Source: SAR202 cluster bacterium
GTDB taxonomy: Bacteria > Chloroflexota > Dehalococcoidia > Lucifugimonadales > VXLM01
Length of the DNA stretch: 64,000 nt
Direction of reading: 5' to 3'
NCBI GenBank assembly: GCA_022448725.1
Contig: JAKUTR010000002.1
Span: 60,535-124,534, forward strand
Positions 36,495 to 46,900 of this stretch are shown here, one piece after another; within the stretch, counting starts at the first letter, position 1, and each line of letters begins with the position of its first letter. The notes beneath the pieces were generated by a model. The model saw only the letters and a program-made list of their open reading frames with translations. It was not told the origin of the DNA and ran no database searches. The position numbers were made by a program, and so were the translations under genes.

Positions 36495-36803
36495 GATAGC
36501 AACTGTCTCGATTAATTTGCAGAATACACGTTGACAGTTGACACCAACTGGTCTCGTTCAAAGCAGATCAGCCAGCTACTGGCCAATTAAGAGAACACCA
36601 TCCGCAAGTGGGAATACCAAGTTGTGGCGGAGTTTCTTTACATGAAGTCCATGCACGTTGCCACCACTACCCGACTCCCAAACTATCTGCGTAGTAGACC
36701 TCCATACATCGCCAAGTTAGAACTAGTGTTCATTCTATGGTTGACCTCTGAAGCCGTCAAGAAAGCCTTGTGTGACTTCCCCACTAAGATAAAATGCAAA
36801 ACA

Positions 36804-37664
36804 ATGACGGTCATCGACACGCACATCCACATTCATGAACCAGACGTGCCCAATCATCGACTAGTACGTCGCTTAATGCCTGACGTAATAAAAGAGATTA
36901 TTAGGCCAGAAGGCGTCGACGGTGTCATCGTTGTCGAAGCAAGACAGGATATCTCAGAAAACGACTGGGTCCTCGAGCTCTCTGAAACCGAGCCCCTAAT
37001 TGCCGGGTACGTCGGCACGCTGGATGTATACTCGGAGAACTTCTCTCTAGATTTAGCTCACTACGCCACGAACCCTGTGTTTTCAGGCATTCGTATACAC
37101 ACGCTGTCACATAGTGGCCACGCTCGTGAAAACATTTTCCTCGGCAATATGGGGCATCTCCAAACTGCTCAACGTTCCTTGGATCTACATCTCGATTACT
37201 GGACCCTTCCTCTCGTCGATCACATCGTCCACGTGGCACCCGAACTCCCTCTTGTTGCTAACCACATGGGACAAGTACCGCTTGCGACGAGGTCAATCAA
37301 TTCTGAATGGATCAATAACATACAGCGGTTCGCTCAACACCCACGTGCCTTCATGAAAGTATCAGCACTACTTCAGATGGTGTACAGGCAACCTTCACCA
37401 TGGTCAAGATCGTTTACAGAAAAGCGAGCTATTCTCCCTCCACATGATCCTGAATACTATCGAGCAGCAATCGATGTGGTTTGGAATGCCTTCGGAGAGG
37501 ACCGTCTACTATACGCTAGCAATTGGCCCCAGATTGAACACGTAGGAGACTACTCGGACGAAATTGCAATCACGAAAACCTACTTTGAGCGTATGGGCAG
37601 CGACATTGCAGATAAGTTCTATTTTAGCAACGCGAAGTCCGTATATCACATGGCAACGCGTTAG
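36804..37664 (+). CDS. Amidohydrolase-2 family metal-dependent hydrolase
   Basis: MTVIDTHIHIHEP marks the N-terminal metal site. I chose the start at the internal ATG 36804, because the family begins at the (I/V)D.H.H motif. The track ORF begins at 36624. Confidence 0.7.
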   Translation: MTVIDTHIHIHEPDVPNHRLVRRLMPDVIKEIIRPEGVDGVIVVEARQDISENDWVLELSETEPLIAGYVGTLDVYSENFSLDLAHYATNPVFSGIRIHTLSHSGHARENIFLGNMGHLQTAQRSLDLHLDYWTLPLVDHIVHVAPELPLVANHMGQVPLATRSINSEWINNIQRFAQHPRAFMKVSALLQMVYRQPSPWSRSFTEKRAILPPHDPEYYRAAIDVVWNAFGEDRLLYASNWPQIEHVGDYSDEIAITKTYFERMGSDIADKFYFSNAKSVYHMATR

Positions 37665-38455
37665 ACGCTTTGCACCTCAAATCCCCAGTCAACCATCGGC
37701 TGTTGTAGGCGCCGCAAAACTTGGTCGTCACTTTCTAAGTTCTGCTTTACGGGGCGAAACGAGTACTTACTTTTTTCATACATTTGCCTAACATGCGCAT
37801 GCTGTTCATCTGTCTTTGGAAGTTGCACGTAGTTGATGGCATGTTGGTGACGGCCAGGGTGACCTCCCCAAGCTCCATGATACGTATCCTCCTTGAACAC
37901 AAGGACATCACCGGGAGTCGATTCAATAGCATACGACGGCACATCTCGAGGATAAACACCCCATACCTTGGCGTCTGGATCCTCAGCTCTATCGCTAATG
38001 CGACTAAGACGTTCGGAGAAATCTCCTTTATGAGAACCGGGGATCACACATAGTGCTCCTGTCTCACGTACCAATGGTTCGAGATAGAAACTAACCTTGA
38101 TATGTGAAAGGATCTCGGCACTTCCAAAACCACCATGCCACGCTGTATCGCCAACGTGAAGGTTGCCCTCGGTTAACTCCATAAAGTAGTTGTCTTTGCC
38201 TAATAGCCCATCTGCTATCGCAAGCATACGACTATCAGTGATAAGGCTGTGAAGATAGGGCCGACGCTCAAAGAAAGGCTGAACCGCCTGTCTTATTGGA
38301 GGGCCAACCTCGTTGCCATCTCGGTCAGCACTCATTATCTCGTTTGATTCCCGTAGCATCGTTCCCATTTCATTCGGACTGAATAATCCTCGAAACGTTA
38401 GGAACCCGAATGTCTCAAAAAAGTCCGTCTGATCGTTCGTTAATTCCATTCTCAC
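37661..38455 (-). CDS. Phytanoyl-CoA dioxygenase (PhyH) family Fe(II)/2-oxoglutarate enzyme with a non-canonical HxG first motif
   Basis: Family blocks are FFETFGFLTFRGLFS, GALCVIPGSHK and GDVLVFKEDTYHGAWG. The usual WHxD reads TAWHGGFG (His107 at 38135..38137, Gly109 at 38129..38131). I verified this by retranslating the DNA. Confidence 0.75.
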   Translation of the reverse strand: MRMELTNDQTDFFETFGFLTFRGLFSPNEMGTMLRESNEIMSADRDGNEVGPPIRQAVQPFFERRPYLHSLITDSRMLAIADGLLGKDNYFMELTEGNLHVGDTAWHGGFGSAEILSHIKVSFYLEPLVRETGALCVIPGSHKGDFSERLSRISDRAEDPDAKVWGVYPRDVPSYAIESTPGDVLVFKEDTYHGAWGGHPGRHQHAINYVQLPKTDEQHAHVRQMYEKSKYSFRPVKQNLESDDQVLRRLQQPMVDWGFEVQSV

Positions 38456-38458
38456 ATC

Positions 38459-39880
38459 CTAGCTCAATTGAGGTCGGTGCTGAATCCAGGGACGAGCCTG
38501 CTCGAAGGCTGCGGAGGCTGCCAAAACGGTAGATTCATCACCCCACCTGCCAATAATATGAAGACCCATCGGCAACCCGTCCGAGGAGAATCCACATGGC
38601 ACACTCGCAGCCGTGCTACCTATCATGTTGATAGGCATCGTAAAGGGAGTGTATCCCCAGAACCAATGAGTATCTTTCTCGCCAATTTTCAGTGGGGGTT
38701 TTCCAACAGGGAAAGCAGGGACTGCTAAGGTCGGTGTGAGAATAAGATCATATCGATCAAATACGTCAGAGAACTGACTTTTCATAACGTCCAGTCGGCT
38801 TAGAGATTTTACGAAGTCGATCCCACTGAGTTGGTTACCAAAATCGAGTGCTTCTTGGGTGTAATACGCTAGCTTGTCGTACTGTTCCTTCGGCAATCCA
38901 GCGTTTCGCATAGCTATGATGGTTGTAAATATGGGCCAAAAATCATTGAAAGGTTCCTCTAGAGTGAGGTCAAGCTCTTCAACCGTGGCTCCGATATCCT
39001 CAAACACCTTTGCGGCAGCCTCAGTTACTTGTACGACTTCAGAGTCCACTTCCGCATACCCAAAATCAGGAGTCCATCCAATCTTGAGGTTCTCTACACC
39101 TAGTTTCGTTGCAGCAATGTAGTCGTCCGGCTGCTCACGTAGAGCAGCACGGTCACGTGAGTCAGGGCCCGCCAGTACTTGTAAAAGCATCGCCGTATCA
39201 GCAACGGTTCGAGTCATTGGCCCCGACTGACTGAACAAGTTCATCACATGGTCGGAACCCGGCCCTAAATAGTAGGGGATCCTACCTTGAGAAGGTTTTA
39301 TCCCATATATTCCGCAAAATCCACAAGGGATTCTTATAGATCCCCCTCCATCACTGCCTGTAGAAAGAGATGCCATGCCTGCTGCAATAGAAGCTGCGGC
39401 ACCTCCACTTGAACCTCCGGTTGTCCGCTCGACATTCCAGGGGTTTCTGCAATGATCCCCAAGTCGATTCTCAGTGTGCCCGAGTAAACCGAACTCCGGC
39501 GTGTTTGTTTTTCCCAAAATGATAGCGCCTGCCCTCTTCACTCGCTCTACTACGATGGTGTCAAAGGAGCCGATCCGATCCTGATACATAAGTGATCCAC
39601 CAGTGAACCGGATGCCTTCAGTACTTTCGAGATCTTTGATAGAGGTCGGGATCCCGTGTAAGGGTCCAAGCCTGTCGCCTTTCATTACAGCGGCTTCCGC
39701 TGATCGAGCCTGTTCCATTGCAAGTTCGTCAGTAACGGTCAAGTAGGCATTTAACTTGCCATCAAATTTTTCAATCCGATCAAGGTAAAGTCTCGTTACT
39801 TCAACAGGTGAGACCTCCTTACTAACAATCTTTTTTCGAAGTTCGGTTGCTGGTAGAAAGGCAAGGTCAGTGTCGCTCAT
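38459..39880 (-). CDS. Amidase (amidase-signature family)
   Basis: Has GGSSGGAAASIAAGMA and IKDLES (catalytic Lys region). 473 aa. It ends 3 nt before the PhyH-like gene starts. Confidence 0.85.
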   Translation of the reverse strand: MSDTDLAFLPATELRKKIVSKEVSPVEVTRLYLDRIEKFDGKLNAYLTVTDELAMEQARSAEAAVMKGDRLGPLHGIPTSIKDLESTEGIRFTGGSLMYQDRIGSFDTIVVERVKRAGAIILGKTNTPEFGLLGHTENRLGDHCRNPWNVERTTGGSSGGAAASIAAGMASLSTGSDGGGSIRIPCGFCGIYGIKPSQGRIPYYLGPGSDHVMNLFSQSGPMTRTVADTAMLLQVLAGPDSRDRAALREQPDDYIAATKLGVENLKIGWTPDFGYAEVDSEVVQVTEAAAKVFEDIGATVEELDLTLEEPFNDFWPIFTTIIAMRNAGLPKEQYDKLAYYTQEALDFGNQLSGIDFVKSLSRLDVMKSQFSDVFDRYDLILTPTLAVPAFPVGKPPLKIGEKDTHWFWGYTPFTMPINMIGSTAASVPCGFSSDGLPMGLHIIGRWGDESTVLAASAAFEQARPWIQHRPQLS

Positions 39881-39987
39881 TATCGATCCTCAGGGTTGGG
39901 TGGGATGGGTGGGCGAGTGTAGCACCAGCCCTAAACCCGGTCAACGTCGGTGGGATACATAATCACCCTGCTATAGTTACGTGAACT

Positions 39988-41859
39988 ATGCCCCTTGTAA
40001 ACGCATCCGAAATCGGAATTAGTTTTGGTGAACTCGAGGTTCTATCCAACATATCACTTGAGATTGTTGATCGGGCACGAGTAGGGGTTGTTGGCCCAAA
40101 CGGCCAAGGAAAAACCTCCCTTTTGAAAATGCTCACAGGTGAGTACCTCGCCACCCAAGGGAACATCTATACACAGACTGGTATAAGTATTGGGTATGTA
40201 CCACAAACAACTGACGATATGAACTCCCCTACACTCAAAGATGAGGTTATAAAAGCATTCGCGGATGTTCTGCAGATTGAACATGATATCGCCACTTCAG
40301 CAACCGCAATAGAAGCTTCCTCTGGATCCCAGCGGCGCCAAGCTGAGTTGACCTACTCTCGCCTGCTTGAAGAGTATGAAGCAGCAGGAGGGTATGAATA
40401 CCAGAACCGCTTAGAGCGAGTCGTTGAAGGAGTCGGTTTATCACTCCAGGTACTTGAAACTCCTCCCGATGTGGCAAGTGGGGGCCAGCGCACTCGTGCA
40501 GCACTTGCAAAAGCTTTACTGATTGAACCTGACTTATTAATCCTCGACGAGCCGACGAACTACCTGGACTTCCAAGGTCTAAGTTGGCTGGAGAATTTTC
40601 TAGACAGAACAACCCGAGCATTCGTTGTTGTCTCACACGATCGTTATTTCCTTGACAGAGTTACGACGGAAATTTGGGAGATTAATGAAGGCCAGCTTAC
40701 TCCCTATAAAGGTAACTACAGTGCCTATCGGCACCTCAAGGATGAACAAGACCGCCGGCACCTCAATGAGTACACTCAGCAACAGGCATTCATTGCTAAA
40801 GAAAGGGAATTTATAGAACGCTATCGAGCCGGGCAGCGGTCTCAAGAAGCAAAAGGACGTGAAAAGCGTCTAAGCCGTATCGAGAAAATAGAATACATCG
40901 GAGTTGATAAATCCATCAATCTTCAAACTTCTAAAGTGGTTCGGAGTGGGAGAAATGTTCTTTCTACTCAAAATTTGGAGATAGGGTACGTTACGGACGA
41001 AACGCAAGTGAAACTTCTAACTTCCGAGGACATCGTCCTAGAACGAGGTTCGCGAACTGGGATTATCGGCGAGAATGGCAAAGGAAAAACAACCTTTCTC
41101 AACACTATCCTTGGCATAACACCTCCTATTACAGGATCGTCTAGCTTAGGGCACAACGTAAGAGTGGGTTTCCAACGCCAAGGCAGCTACGATTTACCCG
41201 AAGACCGCTCTGTCATAGACGCCGTGCTTGATATCGAAAACCTGCCGCCTCTTGAAGCCAGAAAATACCTCGCACGGTTTCTGTTCCAAGGTGAAGATGT
41301 ATTTAAGCCAGTCCCGGTACTAAGTGGCGGGGAAAGAACCAGGTTAGCACTAGCAAGACTTCTACTGGAAAACCCGAATTTCTTGATTCTTGACGAACCG
41401 ACATCCCATCTAGATATCGGCAGCCGAGAAGCACTAGAAGAGGTGTTACAACAGTTTGATGGAACCCTATTATTTGTTTCACATGACCGAGCCCTAATTT
41501 CGCTTCTCGCCAACCAACTACTGATTTTCGAAGATGGCAGCGTTACTCTCGTTAAAAATAATTTCGCAGAGTGGGCAGAAAAAAGAGACGAGGCCGCATT
41601 AGACACCATCGGTCGGTGCAAGCCTGCGGTCAAAACAAAAAGACGCAAGCAACAAACAAAACAGAGTCACGTCTCCGACAACCAACCCATAGATTACGCA
41701 GGTAAGATTACATCTTTGGAATCACGACTAGTACGGATCGAGCAGGCATTACTAAGAGCTTCTCAAGAAAACGATATAGATAAGACAAAGAAACTCGGAT
41801 TGCTTCACGCCGAGACCAGTTTAGAGATTGAAGCGACATGGCAAGCTTGGGGGAACTAG
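39988..41859 (+). CDS. ABC-F family ATPase (two fused ABC domains, no TM domain)
   Basis: Walker A motifs are GPNGQGKTS and GENGKGKTT. Signature motifs are SGGQRTR and SGGERTR. It has an inter-domain linker and a basic C-terminal tail. Confidence 0.9.
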   Translation: MPLVNASEIGISFGELEVLSNISLEIVDRARVGVVGPNGQGKTSLLKMLTGEYLATQGNIYTQTGISIGYVPQTTDDMNSPTLKDEVIKAFADVLQIEHDIATSATAIEASSGSQRRQAELTYSRLLEEYEAAGGYEYQNRLERVVEGVGLSLQVLETPPDVASGGQRTRAALAKALLIEPDLLILDEPTNYLDFQGLSWLENFLDRTTRAFVVVSHDRYFLDRVTTEIWEINEGQLTPYKGNYSAYRHLKDEQDRRHLNEYTQQQAFIAKEREFIERYRAGQRSQEAKGREKRLSRIEKIEYIGVDKSINLQTSKVVRSGRNVLSTQNLEIGYVTDETQVKLLTSEDIVLERGSRTGIIGENGKGKTTFLNTILGITPPITGSSSLGHNVRVGFQRQGSYDLPEDRSVIDAVLDIENLPPLEARKYLARFLFQGEDVFKPVPVLSGGERTRLALARLLLENPNFLILDEPTSHLDIGSREALEEVLQQFDGTLLFVSHDRALISLLANQLLIFEDGSVTLVKNNFAEWAEKRDEAALDTIGRCKPAVKTKRRKQQTKQSHVSDNQPIDYAGKITSLESRLVRIEQALLRASQENDIDKTKKLGLLHAETSLEIEATWQAWGN

Positions 41860-41892
41860 TCTACACTCCAAGTCCGCTTTAAGGAGGTCTAA

Positions 41893-43434
41893 TTGGTAGA
41901 ACCTAGAGTCCATCCCCGTTTGATCTACTATAGTGACGCACATCATTTCCATGCCAAGCGACTGGACCCACCTGTTAGTCAACATCGGCTCCAGTGGCCA
42001 ATACACGAATTACTTGGAACAGGTGTTGAACTCCTAGTATTCGGCCTAGGTTTTGGTGACGTCTATTTCCATCAAACCAAGTATGGACGAGTCGTCGGTG
42101 ACGAGCAGGAAGTATGGCCTGAGTTCATCAACTGGCGGATCATGCGGATGGTTAAGGATGCTGCGGAAATGGGTACAGACCAAGTGCGGGAAGTGATCAC
42201 CCGGGGCCGTGAGACAGGTCTCCCCGTCTTCCCTAGTTTAAAGCTACAGGATCCAGCTGAGCCTGGTGACCAACGCTGCGGATGGCTTAAGTGGCACCGA
42301 GGGCAAGAAGTGGCTCACAAGGTTTCTAACTCTCGTTTCCCTTCGCACAAAACTGAGTGGTGCCTAGACTACACTAACGAGTTGGTACGGGAAGAAAAAC
42401 TTGCCCTGATCCGAGAGCTTCTCGAAGACTACAGCACTGACGGCATAGAACTTGATTTCATGTTTTTTCCCCTCTACTTCCGCGAGTCCGAAACAGAAGC
42501 AAATATCGACACGATGAGCAGATTTGTTGCAGACGTTAAGTCCCTTGCTAATGAAATTGGCCATACCCAAGATCGACCAATCCAGGTGGTTGCTCGAGTA
42601 GCACACCGGCGCGAGGAGAATCTTCGTATGGGGCTCGACGTTGAATCCTGGATCGCTAACGGTAGCGTCGATATGATCATCGGCCAAATACCAAATATGC
42701 TACTTGATACTGGCGTAACGGACGGGAAATGGATGGCCGATTCGGCAAATCAAGTAGGTATAGCTTCCTATCTGAGGCCAAATCGGCGGCTTGATGACCC
42801 TCGGGCAAGTATCGCCACAGCGGAAATGTTTAGAGCGTTCGGGCAGACACTCCATTGGCAAGGTTTCACAGGTATGTACCTCGGTTACCTACCATGGCCC
42901 TTCGCTCACGAGGAGTATCAACTGCTCCGGGAGATGGCTTATCCGGAGTCATTTCAAAGACGTAACAAACGTTACATACTCCCACCAACAGAAGCTCTGC
43001 AGCCGTATCAGATGCCTGATAATCACATGATCCCATTAACCCTTAAAGAAGGTGAACGTGAATCTCTACCCATCATCGTAGCTGATCAATTTTCCTCTGC
43101 TCGGGCAGATGGGGAACTGCGTAGTCCGGTACTAACCTTGAGGTTCCAGTCGTTCTGTGTTGAAGACGATGTTCAACTAGATTTCAACGGCACTAACCTC
43201 CCGGTCGACCGGGAAAATATTTACGAGCCTCAGCGTGGCACCTACTGGCTTAGGTATATCCTCGATCCCAACGTTATTGTTCAGGGTGAAAATATTTTGA
43301 ACATCGAGGTCGCCCGTATGGAACCAACCGCCGGGTTTGCTCGTTTGTTAACCGGAGTTGAGATCAATATCCGGTACACAGAATTCGAACGCCCAGAGAG
43401 TCTAAATCCGGCAACCATTCCTCCACCATCCTAG
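41893..43434 (+). CDS. Uncharacterised protein, paralog 2 of the 3-member family
   Basis: 513 aa. TTG start 6 nt after AAGGAGG. It shares YYSDAHHF, GTGVELLVFG, DGIELDFMFFPLYF, GLDVESWI and GMYLGYLPWPF with the ORFs at 23224 and 53753. Confidence 0.6.
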   Translation: MVEPRVHPRLIYYSDAHHFHAKRLDPPVSQHRLQWPIHELLGTGVELLVFGLGFGDVYFHQTKYGRVVGDEQEVWPEFINWRIMRMVKDAAEMGTDQVREVITRGRETGLPVFPSLKLQDPAEPGDQRCGWLKWHRGQEVAHKVSNSRFPSHKTEWCLDYTNELVREEKLALIRELLEDYSTDGIELDFMFFPLYFRESETEANIDTMSRFVADVKSLANEIGHTQDRPIQVVARVAHRREENLRMGLDVESWIANGSVDMIIGQIPNMLLDTGVTDGKWMADSANQVGIASYLRPNRRLDDPRASIATAEMFRAFGQTLHWQGFTGMYLGYLPWPFAHEEYQLLREMAYPESFQRRNKRYILPPTEALQPYQMPDNHMIPLTLKEGERESLPIIVADQFSSARADGELRSPVLTLRFQSFCVEDDVQLDFNGTNLPVDRENIYEPQRGTYWLRYILDPNVIVQGENILNIEVARMEPTAGFARLLTGVEINIRYTEFERPESLNPATIPPPS

Positions 43435-43575
43435 GAAGCAAGGTTCCACGAAAAGGTTAGGTCCCGACCTCAGGCTTGGACAAAGGATTTCGCAGAGTCA
43501 GGCATCAACAGCCTTAGAGACTAACTTGACCATCAGCTCTAGGTGGCAGGCCTGCAAGATTTGGGACAAACGTAG

Positions 43576-43887
43576 CTACGAGCTCTTACACAATTTGCGG
43601 AGCATGTCGAAGGGGTAAATGCCCGTGAAATGACCATCACTCCATAGGAACTGGACCGCATACTTACCAACCATTAAAAAATCCTCAGGACGGATATCAG
43701 AAGGGACAGTCGCCGGGTTGAGCAGTGGGCGCTGGGTCCACTCCTCAACACACTCGGCGCAAGCACAGTTTACGCGAAGGTGCTTCCCTCTATAGTTGCA
43801 TATGTCGCCATCGGTCCATTCGATAACCACATCGCCTTCTTCCGTTATCTGTAAGTCGACAATACCAACTTTAGTTTCCATTTTCAC
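43576..43887 (-). CDS. DUF971 (gamma-butyrobetaine-hydroxylase N-terminal-like) zinc-ribbon protein
   Basis: Reads LRVNCACAECVEEWT....LWSDGHFTGIYPFDMLRKLC, typical of DUF971. Confidence 0.7.
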   Translation of the reverse strand: MKMETKVGIVDLQITEEGDVVIEWTDGDICNYRGKHLRVNCACAECVEEWTQRPLLNPATVPSDIRPEDFLMVGKYAVQFLWSDGHFTGIYPFDMLRKLCKSS

Positions 43888-43909
43888 AGTTTACACCTAG
43901 TTGGGTGCA

Positions 43910-46900
43910 TCAACTGTCTTGGGATTTAGACACACGGAAAATTCTGACATCTTTATTTTCATAAATTTGCTGGAGAGTATCGCGCATGCCATCTTTGAAT
44001 TTCGCCATTCCAGACTGGTCGTAGTACAAGCGCTCTAACTGTCCAACGTAAATATATTCCACATCGTGCTCTTGGAGAATTGCTAGTGCCTCCTCAATAC
44101 TGGTCGTCTCGTAGATTCGCTTGACAGCTTCAATTCTTTTATTTACTTGTTGACGGTAATTCCAACGCTGCTGCTCTTGATGCCAACCCCACCCAACGAT
44201 ATTCGGCAACCCAGTGTAAATCGAAACTCGTCCTCCCCAACGGTAATTTGGCGTGTTAGCTTCCAGCATCACAGGAGAGCCCTCAATATTGTTCTGAATC
44301 CAACGGATCGCCTCATAATCACTAGTTAGGTCAATATCCCCATTGGCATCTGTATGTGAAGTGATATTATTCATGTACGCCATACCATCTAGGGTGAGTG
44401 GTATATCGGTATCGAACCGAACTCGAAGACGAGCCTGAGTTCCAAGTATCGGGTATATGGACGCCCCGATGATCAGTAAGGCAGTGCTCACCAACCACAA
44501 CTGCTTCCATCGGGGCAGCTTGAGGATCGGCTCACTTCGACTATGTACGAGCCTCCAGAGGAAATAGGCTGAAGCTAGGGCCAGTGTCACCCAAATCTGG
44601 AGATAGATTTTGAAGACACTATTCATTCGGTCAATGTCTCCCTCGAGTCGGTAGAGGTCCAAACCAATCGCCAACAAAAACGCTATCAAAACCAAGGCAA
44701 TGGCAAAAGCTACATGTGGGGAATCTGGTTTCGATGAAAAGATTCTTTTGTAAGATACGACCACACCAACCACCACAAACACAATTAGAACCGGGATCGT
44801 ACTCCCTAATTTGTCGACTACTGCAAGCGCTATCAAAAAACCAACTGTGATAACGCCTATACAAGCCAAGCCTAGTCGTATGATAAGAATCTGACGCCTC
44901 TCGCTATAGTCGACCCCAGTTGCACCAGCAAATCGGAAATTCCATCGAACTAGCCTACGACCTACCGATAACCAAATAGACTTGCCCCACTCCCTGCATT
45001 CGTTAAGGAAAAAGGACCCAACGACAAACATGAAAAGTCCGTTGATAGTCAAGAACTGCAGTAACACTGTCTGATTTGTGGTGGGTTCAAGGCTAGAAAA
45101 GAAAGTTTCATAGTTAGCGTTGTAGGGCAAAAATACCATGAGACCTACCAAAAGCACGATCGCGGACTTTACGCCAGCCTCAACTATTACTAATAGGTTT
45201 AGGCCGCCGTTCCGAAGCAGGCTGCCCAGCAAAATAGCAACTCCAGCAACAATCAAATATGTCGGGTAGTCCCACGCGTTGATCATACGCATTGCTCCGA
45301 CCACTACTCCAAGTGTGACAACACGGCTGACATCTCCGACACTCCACCCCTGCGTGAGCTGCTTCGATCCAAGCACTATCCCGAGGCCAAGTCCAATCGC
45401 TATTAGTGTGAACGGAATCACCATCAGATGTGCATGTAAATCCGCAAACAGAAAAGTAAAGAATGGGAACTCAGTAATCTCATTACCAGGTGGGTCTGGG
45501 GGCATCATTCGGCTGCTACGCCAAAAATCAAACGTCCCAAATGGTAGGTTTCGGAATAGTACATCTGTGGCATTCTCAACCAGTTGGACAGCACCGTGCA
45601 GGTTCCCTATCACAGCGACAAACAGTGCTCCTGTTAGGCCGGCTAAGACGGGTGACCACGCAAAGTTGGACGCAATACCTTGCGCCACCATAGACAGTCG
45701 TTGTCGGCTGCTCTCGGCGAGGTTGTAAACGATGCTAAAGGAACCGCTAATCGTTAGGGCGAAGAACATCGGAATCGCGAGATTGAATGCAACAGTACTC
45801 TCAATCCCTGTTAGCCGAATGAAACTCGAAACGATAAATTGGCCCCCATAGTAGTAGTTTATAGACCCAGCAGCGAACCATGGATCATATGGAGGCATAT
45901 AAGTGGACTTAAGGACGGCGTTAAGGTAAGCCAGATCCATCGGCTTTTCTCCACCTTGCCATGGATGCCAGAGGTCTGGGTTAGCCATGCGGATAAGCAC
46001 AAATCCAAGGAACGCTGCGACAAAGACTGCCTCAGAAACAGCAATGATCCGCCACTGCTTTTTGATACAGGTAGTAATCAGTTCCCATTTCGTAAGTAGC
46101 GTGAGAATGGACACCGAACCGACCACGAGGATACCTATAACCACCGCACCAAAAGAAAATGGTACCCATTTCACACTCGCCAGTAGCCAAGTGACCACGC
46201 ACACTAGAAGAATGCCCAAGCCCTTTGAGAAAAGATAACCTCGATCAGGTAAGGGCTGGAACAGTAGTGTAGCCAGTGGTAACACCGCTAACTGCATTAC
46301 AATCATGGCTAATAACCAAGCAACGACGGGAAACCTACTCGCAAGCCCATCTGGATTTATGATCTCTGACCAGGTGCCTCCAGCACGCTGTGCACGCAAC
46401 ATTTCACTGCTCAACATCAGGGAGTTGGAAGAGTCAACACTGCTCTTGGATTCAATTGCAACAGCAGAGTCGACGTCGCCAGCCAAGGCTAAGATATTGA
46501 CCTTAATCTGATCTGGAGTTAGCTTCCCTACGTTCTTGAAAATTAGTCCCTTCGGGTGATCGTAAACTGAGAAACTCTCATCAGCAAAGCCTAAATCGAA
46601 TGTGATCCTGTCGCCCGCAAGGTGATTAAATCCAGTTGGTGTTGGTAACCCTGGTCGACGGTAGGTGTTGTCTGTCAGACTGATTCCAAAGAGAGTCGGA
46701 TAAGCAGTCTCCACATTCTCCAACTGGTACCCTATATCCCCAGAAAACAGACTCCGGTAGTAGGCGGATGTAATCGGATACCGTTCCGGCAGTCTCGTGA
46801 TGGTGCCATAAAGACGATTACTGAAAAAAACCGCGAAGTCAGCCTCAGCTAAGTTTGTCGCCATATCATTGAGCTTAAGGGCCCCGTCCGGATTGTAAGA

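Noticed and set aside
36624-36803. N-terminal 60-aa extension of the amidohydrolase ORF (track start 36624)
   Set aside because: The Amidohydro_2 family starts at the xIDxHxH motif, and ATG 36804 places it at residue 4. The upstream part lacks family similarity. I cannot exclude it completely.
41187-41648. Long antisense ORFs inside real genes, e.g. 41187..41648 (-) in the ABC-F gene, 45279..45728 (+) in the YYY gene, 16606..16992 (-) in the FAH gene, 21752..22138 (-) across rph, and 1380..2242 (+) ORFs in the GNAT gene
   Set aside because: These are shadow ORFs opposite strongly supported genes. Their translations are Ser/Arg/Pro-rich with no motifs.
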